Positions 37,031 to 47,809 of a DNA stretch of 64,000 bases are shown here, piece after piece. How positions within the stretch are numbered: position 1 is the stretch's first letter; every line of letters begins with the position of its first letter. A program made the position numbers and the translations under genes. The notes under the pieces were generated by a model. That model saw only the letters and a list, made by a program, of their open reading frames with translations, was not told the DNA's origin and did no database searches. Source of the DNA: Rebecca billardiae RCC1528 (taxonomy: Eukaryota > Protista > Haptophyta); assembly GCA_965240325.2 (NCBI GenBank), contig OZ251225.1, positions 1 to 64,000 on the forward strand, written 5' to 3'.

Positions 37031-39639
37031 GGCGGCGCAGCGCCAACGCGCCCCCGCCCCGCGCCCACGCGCCGCACTGGCGCCCTGCGCCGTGCGCGCT
37101 GCTCCGCCGGCGCATCGCCGACGTCCGGCCCCACCTGGCGCCGTACAATCTCGGCGCGCAGCGTGGAATCGCGCGGTAGCTGCACGACGCCGCCTCCCAG
37201 CGCCGTAAAGTCCGCAGTGTTGCCGCGCTGCGAGTAGTGGAACTCGATGCCTGCGTCCGCGCAGTGCTCGACCGACAGCAGCGGCGCCGTGACGCGCCGC
37301 GACGCCCACGCCTCGATCTCGAGCGTGAGGACCTTGTCGCTGTCGTCGTCCGCCGCAAGCTTGACCACCAGGGTCCCGCGGTGAGTGACCCGCTCCCGCG
37401 CACCGTTCCCCCACTCGATCTGACATGCGCCGTCCACCGGGGTAAGATTCGTCAAATCCTCGGCCATGGCGATGTTCTTCCGTGCGCCAGTGTCAAACAC
37501 CAACGCCCGCGTGTTGTCCTCCGGCTGCGCCACGCGTGCCTCGGCCGCCCGCGCCGCGACGATCTCGATGTCCTCGTCGCGCTGCGCCCTGCCGCCGATA
37601 GCCGCGCCAATAGGCGCCAAGCCGAGTCCGGCGCCGGTGCCGCCGCCGTCTCCGGCGTCTGCGCCACCGTCGCCACCAACGGCGCCGTCGGGCTCGTCAC
37701 CCTGCTCGGGAGCGAACGCGACCTGCGTGCGGACCGTGCCGCCGCCGTTGCCATTACCGACCACGGCGCGGGTGCTCCCCCCGCTGCCGCCGCCGCCACC
37801 GCTGCCGCCGCTCCGCAGTGAGCCACGGCTGCGATCCGACCGCGTCGACGCCGCGTCATCGCCAGCGTTCGAGTCGCGATCAGCCTGCGTCACCTGCGGG
37901 CAGTAACGCTTGATATGCCCCACGGCGCCGCACTTGTAGCAGCGCGGCCCGTGCGCGTCGTCGGAGTCGCCGTGGCCTCCGCGGCCGGTGCCGCGGCCAG
38001 CACCGCCGCCACCGCCGCCGCCGCGACCTCCGCCGCCGCCACCACGGCCAGCCGGCGACGTCGCGTCGCCGCCGCCGCCACCCGCCGACGCCGCCGCCGC
38101 CTGCGCCAGGCGGAGCCCGTCGATTGGGTGCGCGCGGGTAGCGCCGCCGCCTCCTGGCGTGCGGCCACCCGCCCCTGGGCGCCCAGGGCCGCCGCGGTCA
38201 ACCCGCTTGCCCTTGGAGAAGTCCCAGTCCTCGAACTTGCCGTTGAGCTCGTGCACGAGCTCCTGCACGTCGAAGTTCGTCACGGTCCTGTAGTCCTTCG
38301 ACTCGTACCGCGTCCGCATCTCGATGCCCGCGCCCACCGGCGGAATGAACTCGATGAGCCGCGCAAGCATCTCCGCCGCTGGCGCTGCGTCACTCAGCTC
38401 CTGCAGCAGCACGTGGTTGTGCTGTAGCACCTGGAAGAGCTCGAGTGCGCCGACGCCGTCCTTGCCGCAGTCCGGCAGGACCGTCCGATGCCAGCGTGCC
38501 CGCACCGACATGTACTTCCGCATGTCGTCGGGCTTGCGCATGCGCAGGATCGTCTTCCACAGGTACAGAAACTCGCGCCCCGGCGTAAGTGCGCCCCGGC
38601 GCGCGCGCTCCTCCTGCACCTCCGGCTGCGTCTCCATGAGGCGGTTGATGTGCTGCCACGCAGCCTCCGTCACCCACGACCGCAGCTCGGTGCGTAAGAA
38701 AGCCGTCCCTTTCTCGTACTGCGCCCCGGCGTACTTGGCGGGGTCCGCCTCGTCGCCGTCCGGCGCTGCCTCCAACACGCTCTGTCGGAGCTTTATGTCC
38801 AGCATGGCGTGCTCGCTCGCCTGCCGCTCATACATCTGTTCCTCGGTCTCGCGCTCGCGGCGGTAGAGCTCGCGCGCGCGCGGATCGAGCGTCACGGCAG
38901 CGCCGCCCGCGGGCGCCGCGCCACCGATCCCGCCGGCGCCGCCCGTAGGCGCTGCGCCGACGCTGGCGCCGCCCGCAGGCGTCGCGCCGTCAGTCCCAGC
39001 CGGCGCACCTGCCGCGCCGCCTGTGCCCACACCCGGACCGGGTGTACCGGCCGCCGGACCCGGAAAAATTCCGGATCCGCCGCCCGCCGCCGGACCTGAA
39101 CCCGGTCCGGTCGCCGTCGGGCCGCCCGGAGTGGCTAAACCACTCCCCGCGCCCGCCGAGGCAGCCTGCGCGTAGCTTGGCGCCTGCCTCGCCCCCGCCG
39201 CCGCCGCCGCGCGTTCCGCCGCGGCCCGGCGCTCGGCGTGCTCGCGGCGCTCGTGCTCGTGGCGATGGTCGAGCAGCCGCTGCTGCAGCGCGTAGTTCTC
39301 ACGCGCCAGGTCCATCCGCTCGGCACTGACCTTGATCATCTTCGCCGCGGATGGGTTGAATGTCTCCCACGTCGAGTTGTACTCCTCGAGCGTGTTGATG
39401 CGGTGCTCCGCGTTCGGGCCGTGCGTCACGATGATGCCGTTCAGTGCGGACATCGTAGCACCTTGCCCCGCCGGAAGCGCCGCCAGCCTGCTCGCCGATT
39501 GCGCGAGCCAGCGCTGCTGATTGCCCTTGTCGTTGAGCATCCCCACGTCGACCGAGCCGTGCATCCGGCCGCTCGTGCCCATCGGCGCGATCGATGAGAA
39601 AGCGCCGCGCGTACGATCCCTCCCGATCGCTGCATGCAT
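37018..39639 (-). CDS. gag: Copia Gag-protease ORF1
   Basis: Zinc knuckle CYKCGAVGHIKRYC and aspartic protease LVFDTGA followed by GNG...G. The true start may be a downstream Met. Confidence 0.9.
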   Translation of the reverse strand: MHAAIGRDRTRGAFSSIAPMGTSGRMHGSVDVGMLNDKGNQQRWLAQSASRLAALPAGQGATMSALNGIIVTHGPNAEHRINTLEEYNSTWETFNPSAAKMIKVSAERMDLARENYALQQRLLDHRHEHERREHAERRAAAERAAAAAGARQAPSYAQAASAGAGSGLATPGGPTATGPGSGPAAGGGSGIFPGPAAGTPGPGVGTGGAAGAPAGTDGATPAGGASVGAAPTGGAGGIGGAAPAGGAAVTLDPRARELYRRERETEEQMYERQASEHAMLDIKLRQSVLEAAPDGDEADPAKYAGAQYEKGTAFLRTELRSWVTEAAWQHINRLMETQPEVQEERARRGALTPGREFLYLWKTILRMRKPDDMRKYMSVRARWHRTVLPDCGKDGVGALELFQVLQHNHVLLQELSDAAPAAEMLARLIEFIPPVGAGIEMRTRYESKDYRTVTNFDVQELVHELNGKFEDWDFSKGKRVDRGGPGRPGAGGRTPGGGGATRAHPIDGLRLAQAAAASAGGGGGDATSPAGRGGGGGGRGGGGGGGAGRGTGRGGHGDSDDAHGPRCYKCGAVGHIKRYCPQVTQADRDSNAGDDAASTRSDRSRGSLRSGGSGGGGGSGGSTRAVVGNGNGGGTVRTQVAFAPEQGDEPDGAVGGDGGADAGDGGGTGAGLGLAPIGAAIGGRAQRDEDIEIVAARAAEARVAQPEDNTRALVFDTGARKNIAMAEDLTNLTPVDGACQIEWGNGARERVTHRGTLVVKLAADDDSDKVLTLEIEAWASRRVTAPLLSVEHCADAGIEFHYSQRGNTADFTALGGGVVQLPRDSTLRAEIVRRQVGPDVGDAPAEQRARRRAPVRRVGAGRGRVGAAPPPNA

Positions 39640-40359
39640 ATTGGGTAAACGCGAGCTCCGAGCGTCTCGAGCCCTGCTAAAAGCTCACCGGCACGTCCTC
39701 GGGCGCGTCGTCGGTGACGCCCACGAAGGCAATCTCGACCCTCGCTCCTCTGACGAGCGAGGCTAATCCTCCTGCCGCAACCAACTTTCGGTTGCGCAGG
39801 GTGACACGGCGTTTTGCGGCCCGGCTCGGGAATCTTGTAACCTTCCTGAGCCCCGCTTCCGTGCGTCCGCCAATCGCAGGCGTTACCGACGCACCGCCGT
39901 AAGCTCATCTTTCCCCCAGGTACTCGGTAATGTCATCGGACCTGGGTAAGCTGCGCACGGACCCATGATCCCGGATTCTCGATTCTCAAAACTGAGAATC
40001 CGGGCGTCCATGAATGAAGTGATCGAGTCCGTTGTTCCTTGGACTCTTCCACGATGGCGCCCGCCTGTGCCGCCGGCGTGCCATCCGTGCCGCGTGCGCC
40101 GGGCCGTACCGCCCGCGCACGCGCCGCGTCCGTGTCGCTCCGCGTCCGCGCTGCCGCGTCCGCGCTCCGCGTCCACGTCGCTCCGCGCCAGCGCTGCTGC
40201 GCTCGCGCTCCTGCCGCCGCGCGCGCCGCGCGCGCGCGCCGCCAGAGCCAGCCACTGCGTAGCTGATGCCGCCGGCCCGCCTGGTGCGGCGCCGGCCCTG
40301 ACGTCCCAGCGGCGACGCCATCTGCTGAGATGCGCGCCCCAGGCTGCGTCAGCTCAACA
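39639..40359 (-). repeat. 5' LTR
   Basis: Direct repeat of 32989-33709. Confidence 0.96.
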
Positions 40360-41236
40360 TAATATTATAGTTCGGCACGGCTAGCTAGGCCTAGTGCTCG
40401 GACACCATGAGGGCTCATGTAGCGTAACTGCATCATCAGCAACCGGCACGGCGGTATTTACCGGCTGCGCATGTCATCATCACCGTCACGGTGGCGCCGC
40501 GCCGTACGGTCAGATCGATCGGCGGGCCTCACGTCACTGCTGCTCCGATCACGGACGATATATATATCAGTCGCGCGTTACGCGTAGGCTGCTCGTCAGA
40601 CTGATGTCGTCCGGTCTGCTCTGCTGATGAGTCTCGGTCGTCGCGCCTCTGACGGCGGCCGCCCCGCGGACGCGGCGCAGGACCGGACCGCGGACGGTCG
40701 GCGGCCGCCCGTGCCGCAGGCCGCAGGGGCTGGCCGGGGGCCGGCGCCGCCGCACCGCCGGATCCGCGCGCCGCAGGCGCCGATGACTCGAAGTCGACGA
40801 TGATCGCCGCCTGATCGACCGCGATACGATGCGTGTGACTGAGCAGCGACAGCTCAGTACAGCTATTATACTGAGTGCTGCCGCCCCGGGCCGTGCTATC
40901 GGCGCTGATGCGCGCGTACTAGTATACACTAGCTACTAGCCGAGTGATGGCGCGCGCCGGACGACATACTACTGATGCATTTATAAATATTTTAATTAAT
41001 AATAATATATATATAATATATATATATATATACGGCGGTACTCTCGGGATCCTATACCTAGGCGTAGCCGGGCACGCGGAGAGTCATCTGAGTGAGTACG
41101 TACTGCTGCTGCTGACGATGATGACGCCGATATATCGCGATATGAGCCTACGGCCCGACTACTCATCGTCCGTTAATATAACGAGTTCGTCGCAGCTGCT
41201 AGCTAGTAGCTAATAGTCGGTCGCGCTGCTCCTCAG

Positions 41237-42622
41237 CTAGCCGACAGCCCGAGTACGCTTCGTCACTGCAGCTGCTGGCGCGGCCGCGCCGCCGCCGCCC
41301 CCGCCGCCCGCCTCGTCGCGCGGCACGAGCAGCTCGTACGCGGCGAGGCCCGCCGCCGCGCACGCCGCGCCCGCGTAGAAGTGCGCCGTGGGCGCGCCGT
41401 GGCGCAGCCCCCACGCGAAGAGGCGCGCGGCGCCCTTGTACGCGAGCAGCCGGTCGAGCGTGCTCATCGCCTCGAGCGCGCCCAGCGTCGCGCCGCCGTC
41501 CGACTCGGCGGCCTCGCGCGCGACGAGGCCGGTGAGCGCGGGGAGGCAGAAGGTGGCGAGCGAGGCGCACACCACCGCCGCGGCGAACGCGGCCCCCGAG
41601 CGCGCCGCGCCCATCCCGACCATCGCGAGCGCGAACGCGCCCATCCCCGCGCGCACGAGGTTGCGCTCGGCGCGCAGCGCGGGGAGGAGCAGCCGCGGGC
41701 CCAGCCCGTTCGACGCGGCGAGCGCGAGGCCGGCGGCGGCCTGCAGGCCGACGGCGGCGGCGGGGGACCAGCCGAACGCGTAGTCCGTGTAGTTGTACAG
41801 CGTCGTCTGCAGCGCGTTCAGCCCGAGCCACAGCAGCAGGTACGCGAGCGCGGCGCCGCGCGTGCGCCGGCCGCCCCACCAGAAGAGCCGCGCGGCCGCG
41901 CCCAGCGGGTGCGCCGAGCGCCAGTCGACGCGCGGCGCGCGCCGGGCGGGCGGGAGGGTCTCGGGCGCGCACGTCGCGAGCACCACGCCCGCCAGCGCCG
42001 CGACCCCCGCCGCGATCGCGAACGCGAGCCGCGGGCTCGCCGCGGTCGCGAGCGCGCCGCCCGCGCCGCCGCCGATCAGGAACGCCGCGCCGAGCGACGC
42101 GCCCTGCAGCACGCCGAGGCGCGCGGAGAGCGCGCGGCGCGAGGAGATGTCGCGCACGGCGGACTGGCAGATGGGCAGCATGCACGACGTCACGCCGTCG
42201 AGCGCGCGCCCCGCGAGCAGCAGCGGCACCGAGCGCGAGGCGACGACCGTCGACCAGCCCGCGGCGATGCCCGCGCACGCGAGCACCTGCAGCGGGCGGC
42301 GGCCGACGACGTCGGAGACGGCGCCCCAGACGGGGTCGAAGAAGAACGTCATCAGCTGGTCCACCGACTCGAACGTGCCCTTGAGCTCGACGCCCGCCGG
42401 CGTGACCGCCGTCGAGCCGTCCGCGTTGGCGATCGCGTTGGCAAAGCGCGGCATCGCCGGCGTCGTGAGCGAGGCGGAGGTGAAGTACGCCCAGCACGCG
42501 AAGATGGGCCAGCCGATGGAGGGCGTCCCCCGGGGCGGCGCGTCGTCGGCGCCCTCCGACGCGCCGCGCCGCGCCGCCGAGCCGCCCTCCGCCGGCGCCG
42601 CGGCGAGCAGCGCTTCGTCCAT
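41237..42622 (-). CDS. Major facilitator superfamily transporter, TetA/DHA1-like (461 aa)
   Basis: MFS motif A GAVSDVVGRRP, motif B LAGRALDG and about 12 hydrophobic segments. ATG at 42622 (MDEALL); single exon. Confidence 0.9.
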   Translation of the reverse strand: MDEALLAAAPAEGGSAARRGASEGADDAPPRGTPSIGWPIFACWAYFTSASLTTPAMPRFANAIANADGSTAVTPAGVELKGTFESVDQLMTFFFDPVWGAVSDVVGRRPLQVLACAGIAAGWSTVVASRSVPLLLAGRALDGVTSCMLPICQSAVRDISSRRALSARLGVLQGASLGAAFLIGGGAGGALATAASPRLAFAIAAGVAALAGVVLATCAPETLPPARRAPRVDWRSAHPLGAAARLFWWGGRRTRGAALAYLLLWLGLNALQTTLYNYTDYAFGWSPAAAVGLQAAAGLALAASNGLGPRLLLPALRAERNLVRAGMGAFALAMVGMGAARSGAAFAAAVVCASLATFCLPALTGLVAREAAESDGGATLGALEAMSTLDRLLAYKGAARLFAWGLRHGAPTAHFYAGAACAAAGLAAYELLVPRDEAGGGGGGGAAAPAAAVTKRTRAVG

Positions 42623-42676
42623 GCTTGGCCCTCGGCCGTCCGTCCAGTCGGACTCCGGAACCTCCGGTCCCATACG

Positions 42677-43287
42677 GTATGGAGCGCTCGTTGGAACTTG
42701 AGCGCGGATGGAACTTGACACCGCATTTCCCAGCGAAGTGCCCCATCTCGGCGGGGCTGGCACGGTCGGCACACGCTCCTGAGCGCTCGCTTTGCGGTGC
42801 GGCAGGCCTTGGGTAGCCCAGACAGACATGCCGCGACCGAATTACCGGGCCATGCGCGCACCACACCCGCGCTACATGGCCTACGCGCTGGACGACTGAG
42901 AGGCAACGCCGAACCACTGCATTCCACTGCCCCGCATGCACCCCGAGTCACCTTCAGAGGGCGTCGACGAGCGCAGAGCGCGTGCGTGGGAGTTCGACCA
43001 ACTCGTGTACCTTCTTGCAAGCACCAGCGGCGAGGTCGCAAGCCGAACCTTGACCAGCCGTGGAACTTGAGCTGGTCGGCAGCAAAACCACCGTTCAACC
43101 CGGATCAAGTTAGCAGCGTGCGAGGAGGAGGCGCGGTGCGCGTCCGCGGCTGGCGAGAGGCGTCCGGGCCGTGCCGTTCTCGGCCGCGCCCGCGCGCTTC
43201 CCGCCGCCGCGGGCCCCGTGTACGCCCGTCGTCGCCCTCGCCGCGCGGGCGCCAAACCGGCGTCAAGTTCCAACGAGCGCTCCATAC
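42677..43287. mobile_element. MITE-like element, 611 bp, with 25-bp perfect inverted repeats
   Basis: GTATGGAGCGCTCGTTGGAACTTGA (42677-42701) and TCAAGTTCCAACGAGCGCTCCATAC (43263-43287), with internal TGGAACTTGA copies near 42709 and 43061. No clean TSD. Confidence 0.6.
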
Positions 43288-43656
43288 GTTTCGGGTAGGT
43301 GGTTAGGAATTGGTGGTACTATCAATTATTGGGATGAAGATGACATCCTATGTAGTTCAACCGCAATTGCCCGCTTTCGTACAGTAATCACTCGTACCCC
43401 TGCTGCTGCCGCTCGCATAGGTGTTTAAGCGAATCCGTGGCCATCTCGCGCGCCTGATGAACCGCCTTGATGAATACAGCTGCGATAACGGTGAATAGGC
43501 ATCCGCATGATTGCGGAGTGAGTCGTTTTTATCCGCGGCCGCATCGGCGCGCGGGCGGTGCTCAGCAGAGCTAGCCCGAGCAGGGATCGAGGCCGCCGCT
43601 TGGTGGGCGACCAGACGCCCGCTCTCTCCGCCGAGCGCGCCTCCGCACCGAGCGTC

Positions 43657-46600
43657 ATGGCGTCGCTGCGCGCGAGGGTGCAGAAGCCCTCGTTCATCAT
43701 CGTCACCGACCCCGGTCCCGACCCCGACGACGTCAAATGTTCGCGCGCGCGCGCACGAGCGCGCGCGCGCGCGCGCGCGCCCGCGGGCTCACGCACGCCC
43801 GGCGCGCGCGCACGCGCGCGCGCAGCGCTGCTGATCGCGGCGACGCTGCACAAGCACGGCAAGCTGAACCTGCGTGCCGTGATCGTCAACGGCGGCCTGC
43901 AGGCGCGCGAGCGCGCCATCCTCGCGCGCTGCCTGATCGACCACCTGAACGAGCCGTCCATCCCGGTCGGCATCGGCTCGTCGGGCAAGGAGCACGTGCC
44001 CGCGCCGCACGAGTACCAGCTGGACGGGTACGACAAGGTGGACCCGGCGCGGCTGGAGGACGGCCCCGAGCTCATGCTCCGCGCGCTCCGCGAGGCGCCG
44101 CGCGGCTCGCTCACCGTCGTGCTCATCTCGTCGCTGCGCGACTTTGCGGACGCGTGCCTGGCCGAGCCCGAGCTCGTGATGGCCAAGGTGAACCACGTCG
44201 CCGTGCAGGGCGGGCTGGAGAAGGCGGAGGAGGGCAAGTTTGGGTGGAAGCCGGACACGAGTGTCAACAACGGTGCGCCCGCGCGCCCGCGCGCCGCGCG
44301 CCGGCCAGCCGCGCGCGCGCGCCGCGCGCGCGCGCCGCGCGCGCGCGCGCTCACGCGCCGCCGGCCCGCGGCCTGCCCGCGGCCGCGCGCGCGCGCGCCG
44401 CAGGCTTCGACCCCGAGGGCGCGCGCATCGTGTACGACTTCTGCTTCGAGCGCGGGCTGCGCATGTCGATCACCTCGCGCTTCGCCGTGCCGATGCTCCC
44501 CATGCAGCTCGCCAAGTCCTTCGCCGAGCGCGTGGACTCGCCGGTGATGCGCTACCTGGCCAACGCGCAGTTCCTCGGGCTCGAGGGGCTGTGGAACAAG
44601 CTGTGCGGCGGCAAGCTGCCCGCGCGCTGCTCGAAGCAGTGGTACTTCGAGACGTTCTGCGGCGTGGACAAGCAGGAGTTCGAGGACAAGGGCTACGACG
44701 CGCTCGCCTCCGACGCGCCCATCGTCTCGTACCTCAACGGGTACGTGAAGCCGTACGACGTGGTCGCGCTGATGACCGCGCTGCCGTGGCTCTCGCCCAT
44801 CTTCGAGGGGCGCGAGGCGAGCGTCGTGCACGAGGTGAAGGGCGTGAAGCACCGGCTCTTCCTCCGCGTGGAGGACGCGGTGGAGGTGCGCCACGTGCTC
44901 GAGCTGCTGCGCGACACGTACCACGAGGTCGTCGCCATCTCGAAGGGGCTGCACAAGTCGAACTCGAGCGCGGTGCTGCGCCGCTCCGAGCTCGGCTCGG
45001 TCGGCGCGGGCGGCTCGGCCGCGAGCGGCCTCGCGGCCGACAAGACCTCGGCGGTGTCGTCGCGCTCGTCGTCGGTCACGTCGGACCGCAACGCGCCGCT
45101 CGACTCGCCCCACTCGCCCGGCTCCTCCGTCGGCGGCTCCGGCCGCGTGCTCGGCCTCACCATCCGCGAGGAGGGCGAGCGCACGGGCGGCGCCGGCCGG
45201 TCTGCGCAGACGTCGCGGCTCAAGAAGGCGGCGCTCTCCAACGACGAGACGAAGGAGTGGCTCGAGGACGTGCTGGCGCGCACGCGCTGGCGCCAGGCGA
45301 TCGTGGCGAAGTGGGCGGTCGCGCTCGGCCTCGCCTTCTGCCTCGCGCTCATCATCGTCTACGTCGCGGACACCGCCGTCGCCGCCGCGGCCAACTCTGC
45401 GCCGCGCGTCGACTACCTCTACCTGGCGGACGAGGCGTACGCGCTGCGCGTCAACCTCTACGCCGTCTGCGGGCTGGTGGCGGTGCTCACCGGCGTGCTC
45501 GCGCTGTGGCCGAGCCACACGCAGCTCTGGCGCATCCGCGCCGTCGCGTTCGGCATGGGCGCGTTCGGCGCCGTCGTCACCGGCGCGCGCATGATGGTCT
45601 TCCTCTCGATCGTCGACCCGTCGCGCGAGTGGGTGATGCCGGCCGAGCCGAGCGCCGAGCGGCCCGCCGAGTACTGGCGCGACCACTGGGCGCCGCGCAC
45701 GGCGCTGCGGCTGGTGCAGTGGGGCGGCGCGCTGGGCACGCTGCTGCTCCTCCTCGTGCCGCTCTGGCGCAAGCCCGCCGCGCTCATCCGCGCGATCTGG
45801 CGCGGCCTCGCGCTGTTCGGGCTGCTGGAGGGCGGGTTTGCGCTGCACGTGGTCGCGATGGCCGTCTTCAGCCCGGCGGGCGCGGCCGGCCTCGCCGTGC
45901 TCGGCGTGGCCACGAGCCTGCTCGGCGCGGCGATGCTCGCGCCCACGGCGCACGGGCGCGTGCAGTCCGCCCTCGCGCGCGCCGTCGCCTCCGGCTCCGC
46001 GCCCGACGCCTTCGTCGCGCCGCTCCTCGGGCTGGGCACGCGCGAGGGCGAGATCGACCCGATCGACCTCGTGCCCGAGGCGGCGCGCAGCTTTGCGCCC
46101 GTGCCGCTCACCGAGACGGCCTTCGCCGTGCTCGAGGGGCGCGACGCGAGCGTGCTGCGCGAGACGTCGCGCGACTCGTTCAACCCGCACGTCCAAGTCG
46201 CGCGCCCCTTCTGGCACCGCCGCCGCCCCGCCGCGCCGCCGCTCGCCGAGCTCGACGACTCGGCCGCGCCGAGCGAGGGCGGCAGCGGGCGGCGCACCAT
46301 CCTCGGGCTGCAGGGCGCGGGGCAGGGCATCGCCGCCGCGCGCCGCGCGGTCGCGCGCGTCAACTCCGAGCCGATCCGCGCGCGCCGCGCGGACGCGTAC
46401 GTCGTGCACTCGCCCGCCGACCCCGCGCGCGCGCGCGCCAAGGCGCTGCGCGCGTGGGCGTCCGACTTCGAGAAGCGCGTGGGCCGCGCGCCCGTCGTGT
46501 GGCACGACATGCTCTCGGCAGACCCGTCGCTCGCGCCGCACGAGCTGCTCGCGCACACGCCGTGCTACCTCGCCTTCTCGTCCAAGCTGCTCATCCTCGC

Positions 46601-47259
46601 CGGGCCCACCGTCGTCGACCGCCTGTGCGCGCGCGCCGCGCGCCTTTCGCGCCGCGCCGCGCCCGCCTCTCCCGCCGGGCCGCTCACCGCGCGCGCCTGC
46701 CCCCGCGCCCGCGCCGCGCCCGCGCGCGTCCGTGCGCGCTGCCGCCCCTGCTGCCCCTGCCGCCCCTGCCGCCCGCAGCTGGTGCGTGGCCGAGCTCTAC
46801 GTGTGGCGCGCGATGGGCGGCCAGCTCGAGCACGTGACCGTCGTGCCGGTGGGCCAGAACGAGGCCGAGCGCACGCAGGCCCTCTCCGCCTTCGACGCGT
46901 TCCACGTGCGCTACTCCGCGCCGGGCGGCGACGACGAGGCCGTGGCGCGGCTCAAGCACGCCGTGCAGCTCGGCGGCATCTCGGTCGTGAACCGCGCGGT
47001 GCGCGAGGCGCTGCCGCTCGTCAAGGAGGCGGTCGCCGCGTACGCGGCGGAGGAGCAGAAGCCGCCCGAGCCGGCCGAGACGCAGGAGGTCGTCGCGATC
47101 GACATCAACAAGCTGAACAACGGCCGCGGCTCCTCCGGCGGCGGCGGCAAGGCGCCCGCCGCCGCCGAGCCGCGCCCCGGCAGCGCCAAGAAGCCCAAGG
47201 CCGCGACCGTGGCGCCCGACCAGCCGCAGGCCGGCGCCGCCGCGTCGTCCTCCAGCTGA
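43657..47259 (+). CDS. Nucleoside-hydrolase (IU-NH)-like domain, 6 TM, TIR/HET-like domain fusion (about 1076 aa, 4 exons)
   Basis: Exons 43657-43738, 43826-44272, 44404-46624, 46779-47259 join in frame (3231 nt). IU-NH-like motifs: IIVTDPGPDPDD, IPVGIG, VAVQGG, NNGFDPEGA, PYDVVA. TIR-like motifs: DAYVVHS, VWHD, LAFSSKLLILAGPT..RLWCVAEL. Confidence 0.8.
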
Positions 47260-47809
47260 GCGCGCGCACAGCGCGCCGCGGCCGCGCCTCGCCCTCTGGG
47301 CGCGGGCGTGGCGCGCCTCTCCCGCCCGAGCACACCCTTGCCCCGCCACTCGGCGCGTGTCTTTGCCCCCGCCCTCCGAGCCTGTCGGCGGCGGGCGGCG
47401 GCGCGGTGTCGCGTGCCATCGCACGCGCCGCGCGCGCCCCACTCGATGCATGTCCCGTGTCTGTCACCACCACCACCAACAACCGCGCGCAGCCGCATCG
47501 CCAGCCGCCGCGCGCGATCGGCGTCGGCCGTCCGGTGCCGCGCGGCGCGGGCTGCCGTCGCCTCGACCCCAGCCGTCGGCGCTGCGCCCGAGCGCGAATC
47601 AATGTGCGTGCGCCGCCGCGCCGCATGATTCATTTCCGCGCCTCGCCGCGGGCGTATCATGAGCACGCGCACATACCGTCGTCGTCCGCATTCATTCGTC
47701 CGCTCCGCCGTGATAATGATGTACGTGCCCATCACGAGCTGCTGGTCGATGAATACTGCTGCTAAGATATATATAGCAGTCGTACGCGCGTAGTCGGCGT
47801 CGTAGTCGA

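Larger units (their letters stand above)
32989..40359 (-). mobile_element. Full-length Ty1/copia LTR retrotransposon (7371 bp), recent insertion
   Basis: Two 721-bp LTRs, identical by eye, and the 5-bp TSD TAATA (32984-32988, 40360-40364). Domain order is gag-PR-IN-RT-RH. PPT GAGGGGGGG at 33710-33718 on the minus strand. Confidence 0.97.
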
